The notes below the pieces were generated by a model that was not told the DNA's origin, searched no databases, and was given only the letters and a program-made list of their open reading frames with translations. Below are positions 7,901-14,500 of a DNA stretch of 54,802 nucleotides, piece after piece. The first letter of the stretch is position 1, and the number at the start of each line of letters is the position of its first letter. The position numbers were made by a program, and so were the translations under genes. The stretch is from Candidatus Omnitrophota bacterium (lineage in GTDB: Bacteria; Omnitrophota; Gorgyraeia; Zapsychrales; Fredricksoniimonadaceae): the NCBI GenBank assembly GCA_002753465.1, contig PEAF01000007.1, positions 1 through 54,802 of the forward strand, written 5' to 3'.

Positions 7901-10536
7901 GTAAGCTGACGGTGCAGTTCTCAGAGCTTTTGAAGAATGATATAGAAGAAAAAGATCTGCCTCAGGATATCGACGTCCTTATGATTCCTGGTACTGAATA
8001 TTTCAATGTGTATGAGAAGATTTTGGATTTAAAGGCGCGTGGTGTTGGAAGACATATTCTTATTTCTGGAGGAACGGGGAGGGTAACAATCGATATTAAG
8101 CGGATTGCTGATGCGAGGGGTTTTAAGGTTGATAAGTCTAACGAGGCGGACATGATACTTTCGATCATGAAGCAGATGACATTAAGACATATCAGCGTTG
8201 CATCTGATGATAAAGAAGTTAAGAAGTGGCAAAGTGTGCTGGATTATCTTGAGAGTAGCGATGTGATGCTGGAAAAAAGAGCTAGCTTTACGGTTGATAA
8301 CTTCTTGAAAGCCAAAGAGATTCTCAAGGATAGAAAATTATTATTGTCGGGTAACGCTAAGCCGCTAAAGATCCTTTACATTCATAAACCCGTACAGCAA
8401 TTGCGCACCCGAGGGAATTTCGAAAGCGTGTTCAGTCAGGAGATGACGGATCACCAAATTGAGGGCATCAGTTTTACGACCACATATGCGCCGAATGCCA
8501 AGGTCATTTTTGATATTGTCGGTGAGTTCTTCCGGATCATTGCCAACGGGCAGAAAGGTGATTGGCTTTTGAGGACAGGTAATTGGGATCCGGCTAAGAG
8601 TTATGCTGTTGTTCCTGATGTGCGCTGGGGTCAGGCGCTTGCGCTTTTTAAGGGAATGAGTGCTGAAGATAAAAATGAATTGGTCGATGTGCTGTGGACG
8701 AATGTGGTCAATATGGGGATGACGGCGGACAAAGTGTTGGCGAAGTTGCCAGAAGCCGTTGCACCGTTGGCTAAAGCGATCCTGGACCATCATGAGGCTA
8801 TGGAAAACAGCAAGGCCGCTCTGGCCGGTACGTCAACGTCGTCTGCTTTGTTGTCCAATGTTTCCGACGCAGCCATGTCACCTGAATTGATCGCCACGGC
8901 GGTTTTGGGCTTTGGTGTTGGCCTAGCCGGATTTGTTAAGCTCATTAACCGGTATTCGTTCGACCTCTTTAAGAAAGATGTGACGGCAAAGACGGTTGAA
9001 CATCAGGCGGAGCGTTATGCCGGTGCTGGTGATTCCGAGCGTGGGGCATTGTTGTCATTTTATGTCAGAGTCCTGGAAGAAGGCGTGAATACCGCCCTGC
9101 AGCAAAAGATCAAGACCCTCTTGCAGGGATTGGCTGTTCTTGAGGCGCGCGAGGGCAATTACCGGGTCATTACGGAGCTGGAGAGTCTGTCCCATCGTCA
9201 GGATGTTTCGCTGGCGACGCGCAGCCTGTTCGCGGAAATCTTAAGAGAGCTGATCGCTATCTTTGGCCGCTTACGTGCCTCTAACACGGGTGAGGCGGGG
9301 GCCCAGGCGTACAGGGCCCTGGAGAAGATCAAGGAGATCACAGCGTTCAACGTTGACGCGGCGCAGAACGATAGCGTCGAAAATCAGGTCGTGGAAGATG
9401 TTAACAGTGCGTCTGCGGCATGGAAGGCCAATGTTTCAGATGCGGCCATGTCTAATGAAGTTTTGCAATGGTTGATCAAAACCTACCCGATGCTGAAGTT
9501 CGTTGGTGTCATGACGCCAATGGCTGCGACGGCTGGTGTCTCGCGGGCCTGGGCTTTGTATACGGCCGCCGGGAATATCACAAGAGCGAAGCGCGGTGTG
9601 ATCGATGCCATCCTTTGGCTTATTCGTAATAATGCGGTAGCTGCCGGGAAAGTCCTCAACGCGGCGCATCTTTCAGATCGCCGGATTCAGCAAGCTCTAA
9701 AGGCCGGACAGGATCCATATCTGGTGGGCATTGTCTTACGTATTCATGCTTCTCAGCCCAAGTCTTTTCTGGATTTGGCAAGGTCCATGGGTGCAACGGG
9801 CAAGCCGCTGCTGGAGGCCCAGATCGAACGTGCCAAGTTGCGCCGGGTGGATGCTCAGGAGTGGCTCATCCGTAATATTTCCACACCAGCCAAGGATTTT
9901 GTAGAGAAAAACGGGTTGAAATTCAATTTATCGGATGAGGGGATCATAGATGCTCTGGTAGAGATGAGGGATCCTCAGCAGGAATTTTTAAGGCAGGAAG
10001 CGGCTACGCGGATCCTGAGGACCCGTGGAGAGACGCGTGCTGGCCTGGATTTACTGATAAAGCTTAAGGCGACCTACCAGACGATCGAGCAGTCGGGAAA
10101 TATGAATAAGAACCGGTTGGTTAATGAGATGGCGTTGCTTTCGCAGAATAATGATCCGATCGTACGTGACCGGATCAGCAGGGAGTTGCTGGCGCTTAAA
10201 ACGGATGTGATTGACGGTGAAGCAATGGCTAATGCGCATGCGGCATTGTTAGCCGCTCGGGATAATATTCAGCCTGTCGCCGTGCCCCCAGACGCCATGA
10301 TCATTGAGGGCTCTGGTTCCAGCAAAGACCGTTGGCTTGGGGATGCCAACATTGACGGTGGTATCGACATTAAGAACATTGATGTCAAAAAGACGGGCAA
10401 TGTCAGGATACAGTTCAATGACCAGGCCGTGCGGGATGTGCTGGCCAATGGCTTTAACGGGTTCACGCCGGTCATCCTTAACATTACGCCCATGAAGGAT
10501 CCGTTGATGGCCCTGGGGATCGTTCCGGGGGTTTAA
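1936..10536 (+). CDS. Giant (~2866 aa) secreted modular protein: signal peptide, conserved N-terminal domain, 2H phosphoesterase, CofD/YvcK-like, GlmU-like nucleotidyltransferase, HAD phosphatase, TIM-barrel aldolase-like, DUF218-like, two helical modules, GGID C-terminal domain
   Basis: Start moved to ATG 1936 (GAGGG RBS; signal peptide MFSKFLSIILSLSLLLTPEMGYAQ). Motifs: LHMT/PHIT (2H); FSGGTG, NAYDDGKSTG (CofD/UPF0052); ILAGGRATRLGSDVAKVLYPIAG (NTP transferase); FDVDDTL, ITGRT, SKG, KIGD (HAD); ISGGTG, NEA, LEKRASFTVDNF (DUF218); GGIDIKNIDV. Confidence 0.85.
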   Translation: MFSKFLSIILSLSLLLTPEMGYAQSAFVSMLPEPGKMVGVSSAFTPVLVKGLVIHPDKPLNFDFIVDSGNDSADQAIVKDQTDRMAKYFLAAITVPEEQLWVNLSPYEKDRVIENDLGNTVLGRDMLAQDYLLKQLTASLIYPEEGLGKDFWAKVYSQAQAKFGTTDIPVDTFNKVWIMPAAAEVFEKGNAVYVTQAKLKVMLDSDRTAMAVVDERASIAKEVMRQIIVPAIEKEVNEGKNFAAIRQVYHAAILAKWYRELIQNTLLSQAYVGQNKIEGVTSDEKALKEEIYQRYIAAYKKGVFDYIKETPSTAGDATPKKYFSGGISDFAMKNVPLSKTENAQAIGVSVGQTFKIDMAMGSSSDAVDRQEAPIDEISEDMIGEAAGLTAPRKFITPYGKLKDREERLKNNTFGIVEVFFPKSGPTVDRMMMFINKLKAEFGDKVYTLDQESLHMTIQGLERQWDNKSAGTLKELTRHVGRDTIDVNKEPVAGVLLKAREIPTSAFDVQVAGMGWDPVGGIFWKIEPYLQAGQAQDEMAKRRSAWDLPSFRAPHITAAYFAQPFNKEETSRLKDLLREYQTTVFGDLQVNELQAIAYEDYSFNAGYRILETVSLEKEGSSPARKISALVMDLAKSGVVPSVNGKKLFDILQASSSGDMLQYIKNNGILSNDADIIALLEVKKRSLTAQALSVDEKEQLSLYEIIFDGHFDPTVPMTVFSGGTGSNRLTEALLRKGAVNLTLLLNAYDDGKSTGDIRRNFDVLGPSDIAKNLVVLLKGKHPALAEFLDHRFPKDADANTLRLNVFALASGAGTGEINQLFQGLDVQTQEILKKYFSAFIEQIHAWERENKKIYNFKDYGVRNMVFLGAYLYYGNDYAKAINGLIADFNLNGKIVLNNHESLWLIAVTENGELLNSEAAVVDGMLDKEIARVFLVRKLLSSDGVSDFTRKRTLEEKLDFIEKKFAVYPQATKESVEAIEGARTIVFAPTTFHSSLSPTLITKGISEALARSRVPKVLIANLTRERGRHTVGEAIQDITKHMKYGVGVSQGSVIDYVVLNTHGYQTNGVSNTNRLPIDMQKIRQEGVEAISIDVDPKSQGKHQGDVTAQVVLSLQGISGLGYAISQGRLIKKSKLDLKEERRAQLKKLLASPILYAQNADRVERLTLDILEINSLNEFVPRRNTRTVILAGGRATRLGSDVAKVLYPIAGRSNLEYLMDAVSVVDKKPLLVIKRPDMEQFQNWLSHHPSYTPELITVSGKGGTANAIEELQQVFKQKGAEDVLLLWGDISNVRQSTLRLLAAVHEALGSDMTIPTSWEENPYAGLLRNERGEVIDVFLTKEHPEQQQFFGEHDGSLFLFKVDEIMPFIHQAIEESGYNEGRTSEVNFLKTIPLMSKAGKQLSGLTNMDVRETAGYNTQQEAELVAQYKQELKDGVPLAQQDIHPMLDSVKWVDEAVNVTYEIRREHKERFDRYVSSSYSGVVFDVDDTLTEDGVVSDEMIDKLVAMINQGVSIGFITGRTNDSLERILLSKIKNHPRLNGAFLNNIYVYVENGTYGYRFDQGISQKFYDQKLSARDIEVASFYLRKYIFGFKDNYSITDHKIHIWPYEPFKQAEYVAKIREMFRIIGLPFTVYKSNSVETTGSILIVNNGSSKGVALEDFLSQTKIAEGRVAKIGDLARRGSVDFELLKGAGSFTVGEFEPESKDQVSIRLTSSELTNEARTFSLLNVLKFEPAAKDSVLLGRTDIQNADHAMTSAETVRLLDDARVMAGLHTTTENGQFGTVLKEQGPAAIVRLAQELKNNGIPPVFDSPEALEGFRASNMDDKGKTDTVTGFFVTNDVAGARAGIAAGADFLVAIEYLTPETIKALKVLKPSVAVINVIAQKDKDGTFITLKDADVMALVKDSVEAGADGIQLKPFMNFVTDGTFAVASDALKAIRAQYPDLLINGAGAIFGERYTNVLKMSENILPSVGFANEGSVAVDAESYRQAIASKLTVQFSELLKNDIEEKDLPQDIDVLMIPGTEYFNVYEKILDLKARGVGRHILISGGTGRVTIDIKRIADARGFKVDKSNEADMILSIMKQMTLRHISVASDDKEVKKWQSVLDYLESSDVMLEKRASFTVDNFLKAKEILKDRKLLLSGNAKPLKILYIHKPVQQLRTRGNFESVFSQEMTDHQIEGISFTTTYAPNAKVIFDIVGEFFRIIANGQKGDWLLRTGNWDPAKSYAVVPDVRWGQALALFKGMSAEDKNELVDVLWTNVVNMGMTADKVLAKLPEAVAPLAKAILDHHEAMENSKAALAGTSTSSALLSNVSDAAMSPELIATAVLGFGVGLAGFVKLINRYSFDLFKKDVTAKTVEHQAERYAGAGDSERGALLSFYVRVLEEGVNTALQQKIKTLLQGLAVLEAREGNYRVITELESLSHRQDVSLATRSLFAEILRELIAIFGRLRASNTGEAGAQAYRALEKIKEITAFNVDAAQNDSVENQVVEDVNSASAAWKANVSDAAMSNEVLQWLIKTYPMLKFVGVMTPMAATAGVSRAWALYTAAGNITRAKRGVIDAILWLIRNNAVAAGKVLNAAHLSDRRIQQALKAGQDPYLVGIVLRIHASQPKSFLDLARSMGATGKPLLEAQIERAKLRRVDAQEWLIRNISTPAKDFVEKNGLKFNLSDEGIIDALVEMRDPQQEFLRQEAATRILRTRGETRAGLDLLIKLKATYQTIEQSGNMNKNRLVNEMALLSQNNDPIVRDRISRELLALKTDVIDGEAMANAHAALLAARDNIQPVAVPPDAMIIEGSGSSKDRWLGDANIDGGIDIKNIDVKKTGNVRIQFNDQAVRDVLANGFNGFTPVILNITPMKDPLMALGIVPGV

Positions 10537-10564
10537 TAGGGTTTGTGTATTCTTTAGTTGTATT

Positions 10565-10599
10565 AACGCGGTAGCTGGCAACGGCTGCCGCGTTTTTTT
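10565..10599 (+). terminator. Intrinsic terminator (copy 1 of a 30-bp direct repeat)
   Basis: AACGCGGTAGCTG-GCAA-CGGCTGCCGCGTT hairpin plus T-tract after the giant ORF. Confidence 0.8.
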
Positions 10600-10616
10600 A
10601 TGCTGGGCGCTCGCAC

Positions 10617-10648
10617 TTGACGAATACAAATGAATATATTATATTCAT
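10617..10648 (+). promoter_or_regulatory. Sigma70-type promoter of the TA operon overlapped by a palindromic operator
   Basis: TTGACG-N17-TATATT; perfect inverted repeat ATGAATATA-T-TATATTCAT (10630-10648), as expected for antitoxin autorepression. Confidence 0.7.
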
Positions 10649-10671
10649 AGTAGAGCACAAAGGAGAATATT

Positions 10672-10914
10672 ATGTCTAAGACAGTTACGATCAGACTTTC
10701 TGATGAAGATTACAAGGCGATCTCAAGTGTTGCTGAGCACGAAAGAAGGCCGATCTCGAATTTTATCACCCATAGGGTTATGGAGGCGATCGCCGATATG
10801 AACAAGGTCGATGATGTCGAGATGAGAGAGATCTTGTCGGATGAGAAGGTGATGAAAAGTATCGGGCAAGGGCAAAAGCAATTCGGGCAAAGGAAAGGCC
10901 GCTTTGTTGTTTAA
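10672..10914 (+). CDS. Ribbon-helix-helix type antitoxin
   Basis: 80 aa, N-terminal KTVTIRLSDEDY...ISNFI RHH pattern, AGGAG RBS, overlaps the toxin gene. Confidence 0.75.
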   Translation: MSKTVTIRLSDEDYKAISSVAEHERRPISNFITHRVMEAIADMNKVDDVEMREILSDEKVMKSIGQGQKQFGQRKGRFVV

Positions 10915-11194
10915 TTCTGAGCTCTTTGAAACTCAGGATTATTTAGATCATCTTGATGAGATTCTTGGCAAGAGGAAGGAAGTGTTTAATAAGAAGCTTC
11001 ATGATTATGTTTATCCCCAACTTCGAGTTCAGCCGTACTTCGGAAAGAATATCAAAAAGTTAAAAGGTATTTCTCAGTCAACCTGGCGGTATCGTTTGGG
11101 TGATGTGCGCCTTTTTTATCAGATCGATGGTCAGGGGAAGATTGTGATCATGGCTGCAGCACATTTGCGCAGGGATGCGTATAAAGATATTTGA
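10904..11194 (+). CDS. RelE/ParE-family type II toxin
   Basis: 96 aa, IKKLKG...WRYRLGDVRLFYQID...HLRRDAY RelE signature; exact start uncertain. Confidence 0.8.
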   Translation: MLFNSELFETQDYLDHLDEILGKRKEVFNKKLHDYVYPQLRVQPYFGKNIKKLKGISQSTWRYRLGDVRLFYQIDGQGKIVIMAAAHLRRDAYKDI

Positions 11195-11216
11195 AGTTTG
11201 TGTCTGTTTATTGTTT

Positions 11217-11246
11217 ACGCGGTAGCTGGCAACGGCTGCCGCGTTT
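11217..11246 (+). repeat. Terminator-like hairpin (copy 2 of the 30-bp direct repeat)
   Basis: ACGCGGTAGCTGGCAACGGCTGCCGCGTTT identical to 10566-10595. Confidence 0.85.
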
Positions 11247-11325
11247 GTGTTTAGCCTGCCTTGCTTTACTATCTCTATATAATATATACTTCAAGTGGTG
11301 GCTTATATAACCGTTAAGGGTGGCT

Positions 11326-14300
11326 ATGGTCTATTCGCTGATCAAAAGATGTATTAGTGCTTTTATGGTTGTGGCATTTATGGCCACAGGCATTGTTACG
11401 CCTTCATATGCCCAGAATGCCATGAACCTGCCTGTACCCGGCACGTTGACCGGCATAAGCCGATCCATGCATCCCGTTACTCTTCAAGGCCTTAAGGTTG
11501 ATCCCCAACAGCCTTTTCGTTTCAAGTTCCTGGTTGCCAAGGGGGATTCAGGCAAGGCTGATCCAGCCGAAACCGACAAGCTGGTCAGGTATTTCTTTAA
11601 CGCGCTGACGACCCCTGAAAAAGAGATGTGGGTCAACTTGTCACCGATCGAGGGCGACCGCATTGTGGCCCCTGAATTCGGGCTTACGTCCATGGGGCGT
11701 GATCTCTTGAGCCTCGATTATATCCTTAAGCAGGTAACCTCATCGCTCATGTACCCCGAGGATGCGACCGGCAAGGCTTTCTGGAACAATGTCTATTCAA
11801 AGGCGCATGATCTTTTCGGCACGACAGATATCCCGACCGATGTGTTCAATAAAGTGTGGGTTGTTTCCAGCAAGGCCAAGGTTTATGAAAACGGTGGTTC
11901 TGTTTATATCACGGAAGATACGCTGGATGTGATGCTGGACAGCGACCATGCGCTGACTAAGGTCAATGGACAGGCCGCGGATAATTCTCCGGCCGCCGAA
12001 ATGATCCGGCAGGCGATCCGCGAGAATATTCTGCCTATCATCAAGAAAGAAGTGAATGAGGGCGAACAGTTCGCTGCGTTGCGCCAGGTGCATCGGTCGC
12101 TTATTCTGGCGACCTGGTACAAGAAACGCCTGAAGGATTCGCTGTTGGCGCGTGCCTATGGCGACCGGAATAAGATCGCGGGTTTAACGCACAATGACCC
12201 GATGGTCATTGACAGTATTTACAGCCGTTACGTTGAAGCGTTCAAGCAGGGTGTTTACAACTATGTGCGGGAAGATAAGGATATTTATTCTGGCGATGTT
12301 TTACCCCGCAAGTATTTCGCGGGTGGTATGCAGATCGCCGTTACGCTTGATGCGACTGGGACGGCCCAGGACGTGCAGGCGCCGGCCAATGCGTTTGAGG
12401 TTCAGACCTTTGATGCGCTGCCCATCGGTGCGGAGATCGATAGCTTGGTTTCATCGGACGATAAAGCGCAGCAGGTTGGCAAGGCCATTCTCGGGTACTT
12501 GTCGCGGCATGCGCTGATGTTGACGCTTGCAACTTTTATTTCGCTTTCGGGGACGCAGGCGATTGCGCTCGATACTGATCCGGCTGGCTTTTCCAATAGA
12601 GTGGTCAAAGCGTTGAAAGCGCTGGAAAACCCTAATACCAAGTTTGTGCCCAGCCATGTGAATATGCCGGGTCTTGAAAACATTGCTTTTACGTATGATC
12701 TTTCTGTGGAGGCGGCGGCGTATAAAGCAGCAGGGCAGGATGGTCCAGCGCGCAATACCATGAATGCCATTGTTCAGGGTTTCTCCAGTACCCGTATGAC
12801 GAGGGAGTATAAGGGGCATAAAGGTTTTGTGAACTCTGTTAACATTCGCACCGGCAATATGGGCGGTGAAAATGAGGTAACGCCGGGGCCTAATGCCTGG
12901 ATCGGCCTTGTGGCTTTGCTCGTTGATCCCAAAGAGTATCTGCCGCTGGCACAGAAGATGGGGGATCTTTTGCTCGCCATGCAAGGCACGGATGGTGGCA
13001 TCCTGGATGGTGACCGGAATCCTGATATGGTCATTACCGAGCCGCATATGGACGGCGTGGCTTTGTTCGAGAGATTGTACGACGTAACGGGCCATAATAA
13101 ATGGAACGCGGCGGCACAGCGCGGCAGGCATTATTTCAAAAAACATCTATATTCCGTTTCGCAGGGAACTATTGTGCGCAGCCTGAACGATCCTGAAGAC
13201 ATCTTTGCGACTGACGCTTATTCCTGGTCATTGTTAGGTAAGACAGGCGATGAGCTGCCGTTGAAAGAACTTAAAACATTGATCACGAACCTTCTGAGCA
13301 AATCACTGGTGCGCGTTGAGGCGCCGGTGCCTGGCGGGAAAGTCAAGACGCTGACGCTGGTCGATTACACAGACCCGCGTTCCGCCCATGCGCTGCGTTA
13401 TCGCGGCGGTTTGCATCCGGTGGGTTCTGTGGAGTGGACGAGCGGCGTCATCATGGCTTTACAGAAAGCAGCCGTACGCCTGGCATCATCGGGCGATATG
13501 CCGACGGCAAAATTATACAAGGCCATTGCCGAAGAGCTTTTACAGCAGGTCCATGATGCGTTCGGGGCGCTGCCCAGCGGGGAGCTGATGTCGTATTATG
13601 CCACAGAGTCAGGTGTGGATACGACGCATGGATGGAAGACTCCCGGTCCGACGGGTGCTTACCAGGGCAGTCCCGTAGGCGCTTGGGTGTTGCTTCCAAT
13701 GATGCATGTGGACCCTTTCTCGGGTAAGAATTACGGTCAGGCTTATGGCAAGATCCAGGCGGATGATCACAAAAAGGCGGCGCGCGATTTTATGGATACA
13801 GCCGTTAGCGGTAAGACATATTCTGTCGTTAAGAAGAGCGTTATAGCCGGAACAGCCTTGACGCCGGATGGGGGCGATGCGTTGAACAAGTCATCGGCAA
13901 CATCTTTTACTTTTAATGCCGGGGATGTTCAGTCATACGCCAGTGATGAGTGGAAAGCTAAGTCGTATTATGTCGTATTGCCTAAAGAGGTTGAATTGAA
14001 GACAGGGCAGGAAGTCAGGATAGAGTATTCTTTAAATGGATCTGATGTGATGGCGGTTCAGCTTGTGGCCAGGGGCCAGTCGCCGGATTCACAGGAAGGC
14101 CTTGAGGTCAAAAAGGGAGTCAAGGGGGTCCGTAAGGTAGTTGCCGTTGTGGCTCAAAAGATAATGGCTTTAAAACAGATCGTCCTTCATGTTGGACCGA
14201 ATGCCTGGGGGGCGCTGGGTGGTTCAATGAGTGCCACGGCGAATATCCATAAGGTTGATGTGATCGATAAGGCAGCGAGCGTTGGTGGTATTGATTTTGA

Positions 14301-14463
14301 AAAGATCGATCTGGGCATTGATGCGAAGAGCGGTGCGATGTCCTTTGAAGTGAATGAAGAATTTGTGACGGCTTTTCAGGAGCGCTTGCTGGGCATTCAG
14401 CCGCTCCTGATCAATAGCCAGCCGTTAAGTAATGTTGCATCATTCATGAATAGCCCCAAGTAG
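11326..14463 (+). CDS. Secreted modular GGID-CTD family protein with (alpha/alpha)6 glycosidase-like cargo and possible beta-sandwich carbohydrate-binding module
   Basis: Signal peptide ending PSYAQ; diverged copy of the family N-domain (WVNLSP, MGRDLL..DY.LKQ.T.SL.YPE, PRKYF.GG); cargo motifs shared with 17053-18804; C-terminal GGIDF...GIQPLLINSQP. Alternative GTG start at 11320. Confidence 0.8.
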   Translation: MVYSLIKRCISAFMVVAFMATGIVTPSYAQNAMNLPVPGTLTGISRSMHPVTLQGLKVDPQQPFRFKFLVAKGDSGKADPAETDKLVRYFFNALTTPEKEMWVNLSPIEGDRIVAPEFGLTSMGRDLLSLDYILKQVTSSLMYPEDATGKAFWNNVYSKAHDLFGTTDIPTDVFNKVWVVSSKAKVYENGGSVYITEDTLDVMLDSDHALTKVNGQAADNSPAAEMIRQAIRENILPIIKKEVNEGEQFAALRQVHRSLILATWYKKRLKDSLLARAYGDRNKIAGLTHNDPMVIDSIYSRYVEAFKQGVYNYVREDKDIYSGDVLPRKYFAGGMQIAVTLDATGTAQDVQAPANAFEVQTFDALPIGAEIDSLVSSDDKAQQVGKAILGYLSRHALMLTLATFISLSGTQAIALDTDPAGFSNRVVKALKALENPNTKFVPSHVNMPGLENIAFTYDLSVEAAAYKAAGQDGPARNTMNAIVQGFSSTRMTREYKGHKGFVNSVNIRTGNMGGENEVTPGPNAWIGLVALLVDPKEYLPLAQKMGDLLLAMQGTDGGILDGDRNPDMVITEPHMDGVALFERLYDVTGHNKWNAAAQRGRHYFKKHLYSVSQGTIVRSLNDPEDIFATDAYSWSLLGKTGDELPLKELKTLITNLLSKSLVRVEAPVPGGKVKTLTLVDYTDPRSAHALRYRGGLHPVGSVEWTSGVIMALQKAAVRLASSGDMPTAKLYKAIAEELLQQVHDAFGALPSGELMSYYATESGVDTTHGWKTPGPTGAYQGSPVGAWVLLPMMHVDPFSGKNYGQAYGKIQADDHKKAARDFMDTAVSGKTYSVVKKSVIAGTALTPDGGDALNKSSATSFTFNAGDVQSYASDEWKAKSYYVVLPKEVELKTGQEVRIEYSLNGSDVMAVQLVARGQSPDSQEGLEVKKGVKGVRKVVAVVAQKIMALKQIVLHVGPNAWGALGGSMSATANIHKVDVIDKAASVGGIDFEKIDLGIDAKSGAMSFEVNEEFVTAFQERLLGIQPLLINSQPLSNVASFMNSPK

Positions 14464-14500
14464 AGTAATTGAGAACATTTTGATTTACTGGGAGATGGCT

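Noticed and set aside
10672-11194. Immunity genes for the upstream giant protein
   Set aside because: Clear RHH/RelE pair with its own promoter and operator, separated from the giant gene by a terminator
10560-11250. Integron attC sites flanking the TA cassette
   Set aside because: Hairpins are only ~30 bp, lack a GTTRRRY end and extrahelical bases, and no integrase is present
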